Below, piece after piece: positions 33,300 to 42,325 of a DNA stretch of 64,000 nt. Position numbers and translations under genes: made by a program. Source of the DNA: Thermodesulfovibrionales bacterium. Its GTDB lineage: Bacteria; Nitrospirota; Thermodesulfovibrionia; Thermodesulfovibrionales; SM23-35. The stretch spans positions 224,001 to 288,000 of the forward strand of contig CAVQRT010000031.1 in NCBI GenBank assembly GCA_963715195.1, read 5' to 3'. Every line of letters begins with the position of its first letter. Within the stretch, counting starts at the first letter, position 1. The notes beneath the pieces were generated by a model. That model worked only from the letters and a program-made list of their open reading frames with translations, ran no database searches and was not told the origin of the DNA.

Positions 33300-33785
33300 T
33301 CATGAAACCTCCGATTCTACATTGAGTACCCGTTTTATATAACCTGAATAATCCTTCAATGTTGGTTCGTACTTTGCATTGAATATAGGGGATGAAATCA
33401 TAAAATCGGCTGTCGAACGGTTACATGCAGTCGGGATATTATACAAAACCGCAATTCTCAGTAGCGCCTTGACGTCAACGTCATGCGGATGAGGCTCCAT
33501 CGGATCCCATAAGAAAATGATCAGATCAATCTGTCCTTCTGCTATCATGGCACCCAACTGCTGATCTCCTCCCAATGGACCTGATTTCAGGAGGGTGATT
33601 TCATATTGAATTTTGTCTTCGCCTGTCAGTTTTGCGTTAATGGTTTTTTCAATTAATTTTCCCGTTGTCCCGGTGCATATCAATTTATGCCGTATCAATG
33701 ACTTGTAATTCCATTCAACCCACTCAATTAAATCTTTTTTCCGATTATCGTGTGCGACTAAGGCAATCCTTTTGATTTCTTCCAC
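33300..33785 (-). CDS. mgsA: Methylglyoxal synthase
   Basis: ALVAHD, TGTTG, SGPLGGDQQ, PHDVDVKAL. Confidence 0.95.
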   Translation of the reverse strand: MEEIKRIALVAHDNRKKDLIEWVEWNYKSLIRHKLICTGTTGKLIEKTINAKLTGEDKIQYEITLLKSGPLGGDQQLGAMIAEGQIDLIIFLWDPMEPHPHDVDVKALLRIAVLYNIPTACNRSTADFMISSPIFNAKYEPTLKDYSGYIKRVLNVESEVS

Positions 33786-34055
33786 AGCTGTCTCCTTTCA
33801 CCGGGTTCCACAACTTATTTCCCGGGGCACTACATCATTATATCAGGTTTGAAGACAGAGGACTTTAGGAATGAGGGCTGCTCCTTTGCAACCGGATGTT
33901 CTGGCCCATGGCGATCTATGATGCTTGATTATGCTATTGTGATCTTTCAGGGACAATGTTTTTTTGCGCGGGCGAGAATTTTTACAATATTTTCCTTATG
34001 GGGAGAGCTACAATACTGTAAGATCTGAATCACAGAACAAAGAGCGAATATCTTT

Positions 34056-35255
34056 ATGGATACGATCAACTTTGATGAGATTAGAGCATTGAAAAAAGCC
34101 TTCTCGTCGGTGAAAGACAGACAGGGAAAAAACATGCCGTATGATTTTGACGAGAAAATAGCAAGACTCAAGGCAGTACGGGAAGCGTCTGTCGGGAACG
34201 ACGAGCTCCTGAAAAAAGCGATTGCGAACATAGAGAAAAACGGGATAACAGTCTTCCCGGCAAGAAGCAGCGACGATGCTCTCAGGGTAATTTTTCAGGA
34301 AATCGGGAGTGAAAAGCTCATCGTCAAATCAAAATCCAATGTCACGAAGGAGATCGAACTCACTACTGCACTTGAATCAAAGGGAGTTAAGGTTATTGAA
34401 ACCGATATCGGCGACAGGATTATGCAACTCCTGAAAAGCAAACCTTCCCATCCAACAGGGCCTGTAGCACATTTGTCTGCAAAAACCATTGCAGAGCGCC
34501 TTTCAAAAATTTACGGGAAGATAGTCAGCAATGATGCGGAAGCAATCGTGGAAGTTGTCAGGAAAGAGATACGATACTATCTCGATAAATCGCTCGTTGG
34601 CATTACAGGAGCAAACGCCATTACCGCGGAGGAAGGCTCGATTATCATCGCACACAATGAAGGGAACATCTTTGAGGTCATACGGAGACAAAAACATATT
34701 GTTGTGACGGCAATTGACAAGGTATATCCGGCGGTTGAAGATGCGCTCAACATGCTGAAGGTCATCTGTTTCAATGCTACCGGTTCGCTCATCCCATCCT
34801 TTATTGAAATTATCAGCGGCGTTAGCAAGACAGCAGATGTTGAGAAGCAATTCTTTAAAGGTGTCCATGCCCCAAAAGATATTGTGCTCGTTCTCTTAGA
34901 TAACAGAAGGAGCGAAATGATGGAACAGGGATTCAGGGACCTGCTTTTCTGTATCGATTGCGGGAACTGTCTTTTGCACTGCCCCATGTACAATACTATC
35001 GGGACTGAATTTGCCGAGGGCAAATATCTCGGGGGCAAGGGTCTTGCATACAAGAGCCTTGCACAGGAGGACGTTGACAAGAGACTCGAATATTGCCTGA
35101 CATGCGGAAAATGCCGGAGTAATTGTCCACTGTCGATAGATATCCCAGCAGTTATCAGAAAGGTCAGGAGTGACAGTGTCCCGCAAGAAGTCTTTTATTT
35201 TCTTAAATCACATCTCCTCTGGCTTTATTACAATATGCGGCTTCGGTTGCATTAA
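34056..35255 (+). CDS. LUD-domain Fe-S protein (LutB-like)
   Basis: KSKS..TKE, ETDIG, NEGN, SKTADVE, two 4Fe-4S motifs. Confidence 0.82.
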   Translation: MDTINFDEIRALKKAFSSVKDRQGKNMPYDFDEKIARLKAVREASVGNDELLKKAIANIEKNGITVFPARSSDDALRVIFQEIGSEKLIVKSKSNVTKEIELTTALESKGVKVIETDIGDRIMQLLKSKPSHPTGPVAHLSAKTIAERLSKIYGKIVSNDAEAIVEVVRKEIRYYLDKSLVGITGANAITAEEGSIIIAHNEGNIFEVIRRQKHIVVTAIDKVYPAVEDALNMLKVICFNATGSLIPSFIEIISGVSKTADVEKQFFKGVHAPKDIVLVLLDNRRSEMMEQGFRDLLFCIDCGNCLLHCPMYNTIGTEFAEGKYLGGKGLAYKSLAQEDVDKRLEYCLTCGKCRSNCPLSIDIPAVIRKVRSDSVPQEVFYFLKSHLLWLYYNMRLRLH

Positions 35256-35325
35256 CGAAAGTCCCTCTATATCCTTTCTTATTCTTGACAAAAAACCTTT
35301 AATTTTATAATGTAGAAAAGCTAAA

Positions 35326-35339
35326 GGTAACCGTTCGCC
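35326..35339. promoter_or_regulatory. Putative NrpR operator GGTAA-CCGT-TCGCC
   Basis: Begins 41 nt after the start of TTGACA (35285), just before ATG 35348. Confidence 0.6.
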
Positions 35340-35347
35340 GACAAACC

Positions 35348-36605
35348 ATGTCAAAGATTTACTCTGGCATAGCTGACCTGGATAATCTCATAGACTCCCT
35401 CTATGTCGGGGACAATGTTGTCTGGGAGATTGAGGCCGGCACTGCTCCCGAAATTTTCGTGCTGAATTTCCTCCGTCAATCACTTTCCGAGGACCGCAAT
35501 GTCATTTACATCAGTTTTAATCAGTCACCGCATACCATCCTGCAAAAAATAGGGAGAGACCGCGCCAACAGGTAACTTCATCCTGCTTGACTGCTTTACA
35601 TCAGGGAAGGGCAAGAATGACCGGGCGTTTACAAAGTTTTACGAGAATAATGGGGACTCCCACGTTATTAAAGTTGAGGATCCGAGGAATATTGACCAGT
35701 TTACTGCTCTTCTTGCTTCTCTTGAGGACAAGTTCCAGTCCGGAGGAAGATATATATTCGACAGCCTCACCGGGATGCAGGATCTCTGGGGAGATGAGAA
35801 CAGGACATACAAGTTCTTTACCTACATTTGTCCGCTCCTCTACGACCTCGGTACCGTTGCTTACTGGATACTTGAAAAAGATGCCCACAGCCAGAAGTTC
35901 AAGGCGAATCTGAGGCACATTACCCAGGTTGTTCTTGAGTTATATAAAAGAAAAGACAAGCTTTGGATTAAAGCCCTGAAACTCGAAGGCAGACCCAACA
36001 GAGAAGCTTTTAAGCCCCATGCGTATGATATTGATGGGGAAACCGTTCTAATCACCTCGATCAAAAAAGAGGCTGCTCTCGACGTTGGGAAAAGGATCAA
36101 GGAATTGCGCACCAGAACGGCTATGAGCCAGAAGGAACTTGCCGATAAAGTCGGACTGACCCCAAGTTTCATTTCCCAGATGGAAAATAACCAGATTGCT
36201 CCCTCGCTCAGCTCGTTTATACAAATATGCGATGCACTTGGCGTCAGCCTCTCTGATACGCTGGAGAAAAAAACAGGTGAGGCTCACTGGCTCATCAGAA
36301 AAGAGAAAATCTTTTCCCATCCCTCTTTCAAAGATACTGGTTTGAAGGGTTTCAACATTGTTCATAATGGCAGTATGACAGGAAGCCTTATGATTATTGA
36401 ACCATATGCACGAGTGAAAGGGCAGATTATTCCATCTGAGGGACAGAGATTACTGTATGTTCTGAAGGGAGATGTTTCTGTCACTATCGACGGCAAAGGC
36501 GAGACTCTCAGATCAGGAGATTCGCTCTTCCTGAAAAAAGAGGTGCCCTCCGTATTAAAAAATGAAGGAGGTGATAACGCGGAAATACTCTTATTGAGCT
36601 CTTAG
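35348..36605 (+). CDS. RecA/KaiC-like domain + XRE HTH + cupin regulator; one frameshift near 35553
   Basis: SGIADLDNL N-terminus; SQKELA..VGLT.SFISQME HTH; cupin C-terminus; removing one G in AGGG restores the frame. Confidence 0.78.
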
Positions 36606-36726
36606 AAACAACTAAGAGAACGAACCCTTTATGTATATTGAGTAATGGTTTTTTTTACCCTTTGACTTAAGCAATACTGAAATTTAACAGTCTTTTGTTA
36701 AATAATACTAAACTAAGGAGAAAGCA

Positions 36727-38328
36727 ATGAATTACGGAAAACCGAATGCAAGCGCTGCAACAGGGACCAAAAACAGAGTATGGGACCAAGCCCCTTATTC
36801 AGGCATTTGTTCAGTTTGCCTCGATGGGTGTCCGGGAATCTGTGAAATCGGCAAATCTTCGTTCAGGGGCAGGGAAGTTTTATATCCGCAGCCTTTTGGA
36901 AAGGTAACGGCAGGAGCGGTAAAGGAATATCCGGTGGATTATTCGCACTTGAATATTCAGGGGACATGCATTGGCGCAATAGGCATGGATGCGGATTCGG
37001 ACAAAGCACTCTTCACAAACGTTTCTACCGAAGTGACAATTGGCAATAAACATAAGGTTACACTGAGGGTCCCGATTTTCACTGGTGCCCTCGGCTCTAC
37101 GAATATTGCACGGGATAATTGGGAAGGTCTGGCTGTCGGTGCAGCTATTTCAGGAATTATGGTTGTTATTGGGGAGAATGTCATAGGCATGGATCACGAT
37201 TCCGAGTTAAAGAATGGCAGAGTGGTCAATTCCCCTGAACTTGCAAGAAGGATTAAGACTTTTAATGAATGGAAAGATACCCATGGAGCTATTATTTTGC
37301 AGCAAAATGTCGAGGATGCAAGGCTTGGCTCTCCTGAATACGCAGTGGATAAGCTCGGGGTTGAATGTCTGGAGTTGAAATGGGGACAGGGAGCAAAGAA
37401 CATCGGAGGCGAAGTAAAACTGAAAACCCTCGACAGGGCCCTTGAATTAAAGAGAAGGGGATATGTTGTCCTGCCGGATCCTGAAGACTCTGTTGTGCAG
37501 AAGGCTTTCAAAGAGGGGGCTTTCAAGGAATTCGAGCGGCATTCGAGGCTTGGAATGGTCGAATATGAAGGTTTCATGAAGAGCGTTGAGTATCTTAGGA
37601 AAATAGGGGCAAAATTCGTTTCTCTGAAGACAGGAGCTTACAGAGTTGCAGATCTTGCGCGGGCGATGAAGTTTGCGTCTGATGCGGAAATAGACCTTCT
37701 CACCATCGACGGCGCGGGTGGCGGAACCGGAATGAGCCCGTGGAGAATGATGAATGAATGGGGAATTCCGACTATCTACCTCGAGGCGCTTGCCTATAAA
37801 TTCGCTCAGGAACTGAGGGCGAGGGGTAAATATGTGCCGGACCTCGCTATTGCAGGTGGGTTCTCACTTGAAGACCATGTATTCAAGGCAATTGCTCTGG
37901 GTGCTCCGTTCGTCAAGGCGGTCTGCATGGGCCGTGCAACTATGATACCTGCCATGGTCGGGAAAAATATCGGAAGGTGGATGCAGGAAGATAAACTGCC
38001 TCCTGAAATAAAGAAATACGGCGATACAGCGGAAAAGATATTCGTGAGTGCCGAAACATTAAAGTCAAAATACGGGAAAGCTTACAAGAAGCTTCCTCCC
38101 GGTGCAATAGGAATGTATACATTCAGCGACAGATTGCAAATTGGACTCCAGCAGCTTATGGCGGGTGCAAGGAAATTTGCAATCCAGTACGTTGACAGGT
38201 CTGACCTCGTATCATTGACAAAGGAAGCATCAGAGGTAACCGGAATTCCTTATGTGATGGAATCTGATATGGAAGAGGCTGACAGAATCTTGTTTGGTCT
38301 CGAAGAGGCCGAGAAATCAAGAGTATAA
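36727..38328 (+). CDS. Stand-alone FMN-binding glutamate synthase family protein, paralog 1
   Basis: ELKWGQGAK.IGGE, DGAGGGTGMSP, N-terminal CxxCxxxCxxxC. Confidence 0.88.
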   Translation: MNYGKPNASAATGTKNRVWDQAPYSGICSVCLDGCPGICEIGKSSFRGREVLYPQPFGKVTAGAVKEYPVDYSHLNIQGTCIGAIGMDADSDKALFTNVSTEVTIGNKHKVTLRVPIFTGALGSTNIARDNWEGLAVGAAISGIMVVIGENVIGMDHDSELKNGRVVNSPELARRIKTFNEWKDTHGAIILQQNVEDARLGSPEYAVDKLGVECLELKWGQGAKNIGGEVKLKTLDRALELKRRGYVVLPDPEDSVVQKAFKEGAFKEFERHSRLGMVEYEGFMKSVEYLRKIGAKFVSLKTGAYRVADLARAMKFASDAEIDLLTIDGAGGGTGMSPWRMMNEWGIPTIYLEALAYKFAQELRARGKYVPDLAIAGGFSLEDHVFKAIALGAPFVKAVCMGRATMIPAMVGKNIGRWMQEDKLPPEIKKYGDTAEKIFVSAETLKSKYGKAYKKLPPGAIGMYTFSDRLQIGLQQLMAGARKFAIQYVDRSDLVSLTKEASEVTGIPYVMESDMEEADRILFGLEEAEKSRV

Positions 38329-38337
38329 GTTTTGCAT

Positions 38338-38372
38338 AAGGCGGTGATGCCGCATTGCGGCATCACCGCCTT
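38338..38372. other. 17-bp perfect inverted repeat between the glutamate-synthase-like gene and nrpR
   Basis: AAGGCGGTGATGCCGCA-T-TGCGGCATCACCGCCTT with no good U-tract. Confidence 0.6.
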
Positions 38373-38401
38373 CCCTGATATAACGGAGGTGCTGATTTCC
38401 T

Positions 38402-39376
38402 ATGACGAAGACAATGTTATCAATCTTAAAGATACTTGATACGCATCCTGACAAGATTCTTGGGTCAGGGGCTCTATCAAAGCGATTGAAGGTACACGGG
38501 GTCGATCTTACTGAAAGAACGGTACGGTATCATCTCAGGATTCTCGATGAGCGGGGTTTTACCAAGGTATTCGGCAAAGAAGGAAGGATGATTACCCCGA
38601 GAGGGAAAGAAGAACTCACGCAAGCCCTTGTCTCCGACAAAATTGGTTTTATTATCAGCAGGATTGAAACGTTGGCGTATTTAACAGATCTTGACCTCGA
38701 AACACACAATGGAAATGTTATCCTTAATATTTCCTATTTTCCTGAAGAAGAATTGAAGGATGCAATCAGGCTCATGAGCCCTGTTTTTTCCTCACCGTAC
38801 GTAATGTCGAAGATGGTTATTTTGAAGAGATCAGGGGAAAGGATAGGAGACGTGATGGTGCCGGATGGACAGGTTGGTTTTGGTACGGTTTGCAGCGTAA
38901 CCATAAACGGGATATTTCTGAAGGCAGGGATACCTGTGACATCAAGGTTTGGTGGAGTCCTCCAAATTAATTCCGACCCGGTTCGTTTTACCGCCCTGAT
39001 CGCCTATGAAGGCTCTTCACTCGACCCCCTTGAGGTATTCATCAAGAGCAAGATGACCGATATCATGGGTGCTGTCGGAAATCATTCGGGAAAGATACTC
39101 GCAAGTTTCAGGGAAATACCAGTGGTGAGTATCGAGAAAGCCACACAATTGAGAGCAACACTCACGGACAAGGGCATTGGTGGTGTTCTGCTCATCGGGA
39201 ACCCCAACCAGCCACTCCTTGAGATGCCTGTCGGACTTGACAGGGCAGGTATGATCATCGTCGGTGGTCTTAATCCGATAGCAGCCCTTGAGGAAGCAGG
39301 TATACCAACAATAACCAAGGCTATGTCCACGCTCTATAAATTTTCTGAACTTATTCCTTTTCAGGAACTCATCTAA
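38402..39376 (+). CDS. nrpR: NrpR-type nitrogen repressor (wHTH + single NRD/DUF128), copy 1
   Basis: ERTVRYHL..LDERG, TVCSVTINGIFLKAGIP, SSLDPLE, GGLNP. Confidence 0.88.
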   Translation: MTKTMLSILKILDTHPDKILGSGALSKRLKVHGVDLTERTVRYHLRILDERGFTKVFGKEGRMITPRGKEELTQALVSDKIGFIISRIETLAYLTDLDLETHNGNVILNISYFPEEELKDAIRLMSPVFSSPYVMSKMVILKRSGERIGDVMVPDGQVGFGTVCSVTINGIFLKAGIPVTSRFGGVLQINSDPVRFTALIAYEGSSLDPLEVFIKSKMTDIMGAVGNHSGKILASFREIPVVSIEKATQLRATLTDKGIGGVLLIGNPNQPLLEMPVGLDRAGMIIVGGLNPIAALEEAGIPTITKAMSTLYKFSELIPFQELI

Positions 39377-39472
39377 TCCATATTCATAATTTAACCCCAC
39401 GAAAATGCAGAGTCTACAGTATCTTATGCCCAGTCGATGAATGAAGAGGGCAAAAAGACATAAATTGATTTA

Positions 39473-39491
39473 GTCGGCAAACATTGCCGAC
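39473..39491. promoter_or_regulatory. Operator-like palindrome GTCGGCAA-ACA-TTGCCGAC (auxiliary site)
   Basis: Same half-sites as the other operators but a 3-nt spacer. Confidence 0.45.
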
Positions 39492-39611
39492 CAGTTACCT
39501 CTCTGCAGTTTACTGTAAAATCAAGCGGATCAAATCTAACAGGGTGATTACCGTTTAATTTATTTATATTTGTTAGGCAATAATTTTCATAATTCATCGA
39601 TATGACAGGAC

Positions 39612-39664
39612 TTGACATTTCTTTTTTTATTTGGTAGAAGTAAAGCAAAAGGTAACCGATTGCC
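39612..39664 (+). promoter_or_regulatory. sigma70 promoter plus putative NrpR operator GGTAA-CCGA-TTGCC
   Basis: TTGACA-N17-TAGAAG; operator at 39651-39664. Confidence 0.65.
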
Positions 39665-39972
39665 TACGAAATGAACACTCTTTGGTCAGGCATAATTGTC
39701 CCGTGCAGTTTTTGTGAAAAAATAACTGGCACACAAACGATCTCACGCCTTCTGATAATTCGATGAAAACTATATTGCTGCATGAAATCATTCGCTTTTC
39801 TCGTCAGATGATACATAAAGGCTTCAAGGTCTTTTCTCTATCCAAAGCAATAATCCATCTCCATGGAAAAGAAGGAGGTGTTGAGATGTAAGGATTTTTT
39901 TGTCCATATGGTTCACCAATACTAAAGCAGGTCTAAAAAACATAATGAATACTGAAAAAGGAGGAGGAAAAG

Positions 39973-41538
39973 ATGAGTCTAAGCAAGCCAAATGCAAGTG
40001 CTGCAACAGTAACAACCACCAGGGTGTCACCATCGCCGATGTCAGGATTGTGCGTCAACTGTGTCGATGGCTGCCCCGGATACTGCGAGGTTGGCAGGTC
40101 TGCACTTCGTGGGAGAGAAATTCTCTATCCGCAGCCTTTCGGGAAGGTCATTTCAGGGGCAGAGAAAGATTATCCGGTTGATTTCTCACATTTCAATATA
40201 CATGGAACGTGTGTTGGAGCTGTGGGAAGTGAGGCAGATCCTGATAAGGCAACATTCCCTTCTGTCAGCGTAGAGACAGAAATAACCGGTCAAGGCACCA
40301 AAATCCCGATGAAAGTGCCATTTTTCACCGGTGCCCTTGGCTCGACCGAAATCGCCCGTGTCAACTGGGAGGGCACAGCTATTGGTGCAGCCATTAGCGG
40401 GTCTATTCTCGTATGCGGTGAAAATGTCTGTGGAATGGATTCAAAGGCTGAGATCAAGAATGGAAAAATCGCGAATTCGCCCGAGCTCGCGCGGCGAGTA
40501 AAGACCTACAAGGACTGGTATGACGGATACGGTACAATGCTTGTTCAGTTAAATGTTGAGGACACCCGCCTTGGGGTTGCCGAGTATGCTGTAGAAAAAC
40601 TCGGCGTGGAGGGCATTGAGCTCAAATGGGGACAAGGAGCCAAATGTATTGGTGGTGAAGTGAAACTGCCGACATTGGATAGAGCGCTCCAATTGAAACA
40701 GAGAGGGTATATTGTTCTCCCTGATCCTGAAAATAAGTCAGTACAGGAAGCACATAAACTTGGAGGCGTTGCTGAATTCGAGAGACACTCACGTCTTGGA
40801 ATGGTTGAAGAAGACTCATTTATGAAAGAAGTCGAACGGGTGAGAAAGATTGGCGCAAAATATGTGACCCTTAAGACAGGGGCTTACAGGCCGGTGGATC
40901 TAGCCCGTGCAGTTAAGTATTCATCGATGGCGAAAATTGACCTCCTTACGGTGGATGGTGCCGGTGGAGGGACAGGAATGAGCCCGTGGAGAATGATGAA
41001 CGAATGGGGCATCCCGACCGTCTATCTTGAATGCCTTTTGTACAACTATCTGAAAAGGCTGAAGGAAAAGGGTGAGTTTGTCCCGTCCGTTGCCATCGCC
41101 GGTGGTATAGTTCTTGAAGACCAGATTTTCAAGGCACTGGCACTCGGCGCTCCTTTTGTGAAAGCGATCTGCATGGGGCGTTCAACCCTTACCGCGGGAA
41201 TGGTCGGCAAGTCCCAGGGGAATAACATCGAAGAGGCTTTTGGAAAAGGCAAGGAATACGAAGAGGCCCTGATGAGGACGTTTAACGGTGCGGCAATGCT
41301 GAAAGACAAATTTGGGAAGGATCTCAAGAAGATTCCCCCGGCAGCGATAGGGATATACACTTACTACGACCGGCTTGCTGTGGGATTGAGACAGCTTATG
41401 GCAGGGGCACGTAAATTCGCCCTGAAGTATATTGAGAGAAGTGATCTCATGTCGATGACCCGCGAAGCAGCAGATGTGTCAGGTATCCCGTATTTGATGG
41501 ATGTCGACATGAAAGAAGCAGAAAATATCTTAGGATAA
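39973..41538 (+). CDS. Stand-alone FMN-binding glutamate synthase family protein, paralog 2
   Basis: Same motifs as 36727..38328; strong SD. Confidence 0.88.
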   Translation: MSLSKPNASAATVTTTRVSPSPMSGLCVNCVDGCPGYCEVGRSALRGREILYPQPFGKVISGAEKDYPVDFSHFNIHGTCVGAVGSEADPDKATFPSVSVETEITGQGTKIPMKVPFFTGALGSTEIARVNWEGTAIGAAISGSILVCGENVCGMDSKAEIKNGKIANSPELARRVKTYKDWYDGYGTMLVQLNVEDTRLGVAEYAVEKLGVEGIELKWGQGAKCIGGEVKLPTLDRALQLKQRGYIVLPDPENKSVQEAHKLGGVAEFERHSRLGMVEEDSFMKEVERVRKIGAKYVTLKTGAYRPVDLARAVKYSSMAKIDLLTVDGAGGGTGMSPWRMMNEWGIPTVYLECLLYNYLKRLKEKGEFVPSVAIAGGIVLEDQIFKALALGAPFVKAICMGRSTLTAGMVGKSQGNNIEEAFGKGKEYEEALMRTFNGAAMLKDKFGKDLKKIPPAAIGIYTYYDRLAVGLRQLMAGARKFALKYIERSDLMSMTREAADVSGIPYLMDVDMKEAENILG

Positions 41539-41549
41539 GGAGGAAGATA

Positions 41550-41771
41550 ATGCTTAATTTAATTTGCTATAAGTTCTGTTCATCACCCTTCTGCATGGTT
41601 AGTTGTCCTGCAGGTGCAATAAGTATCTCAACAAAGGATAACAATGTTTATGCCGACACGAATAAATGCAACAGGTGTGGTATCTGTCGTGGCATGTGTT
41701 CTATTCTGAGTTTTGATAAAAATCTGAGAAGGAGAAGGCCGTGGGTGCGTGAGGATTTCGGCAAAAAATAG
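41550..41771 (+). CDS. Small ferredoxin-like Fe-S protein
   Basis: CxxC-x4-CxxxCP and CxxCxxCxxxC; AGGAGG SD. Confidence 0.8.
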   Translation: MLNLICYKFCSSPFCMVSCPAGAISISTKDNNVYADTNKCNRCGICRGMCSILSFDKNLRRRRPWVREDFGKK

Positions 41772-41845
41772 AAGGCATATAATCATTCTCCTCTCTTTCG
41801 TTGTACCCATCAGTCAAGGATGAGGAGTTAGAGGAAGTTACAGGT

Positions 41846-42325
41846 ATGGAAGAAGAACTTTTAGAACAAATCTTATCATCATACTGTGGTCAGAGAAATG
41901 AACTCGTTCCGATCCTTCAGGAGGTTCAGGAAAACCTTGGCTACCTTCCGGAGAAGGTGATGCTGGATATTGCGCGCTTTGTCGGCGCTCCCGAAAGTCA
42001 TGTATATTCTGTCGCATCTTTTTATGCGCAGTTCAGAACACTGCCACTCGGCAAGAGACGAGTTGCTGTCTGCAGAGGTACGGCATGTCATATCAGAGGA
42101 GCGCCTCAAGTCCTCCATGCAATTGAGGACTCAATCCATCTGAAGGAAGGGGAAACGTCTGAGGACCTTGAGTACACGCTCGAGACGGTTGCATGTATTG
42201 GATGCTGTGCTCTGGCCCCCTGCGTAAGAGTCAATAAGGACGTTAGCGGAGATATGACGCCGGAAAAAGCCATGAAACTTTTCATGAGGAATGGCAAAAA
42301 TGACGGAAGAAAAAGGATTAAATAA
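41846..42325 (+). CDS. NuoE/HydC-like 2Fe-2S subunit
   Basis: CRGTAC...CIGCC; ATG 41846 is the likely start. Confidence 0.9.
   Translation: MEEELLEQILSSYCGQRNELVPILQEVQENLGYLPEKVMLDIARFVGAPESHVYSVASFYAQFRTLPLGKRRVAVCRGTACHIRGAPQVLHAIEDSIHLKEGETSEDLEYTLETVACIGCCALAPCVRVNKDVSGDMTPEKAMKLFMRNGKNDGRKRIK

Noticed and set aside
39726..39745. TGGCAC as a sigma54 promoter
   Set aside because: No GC at the -12 position
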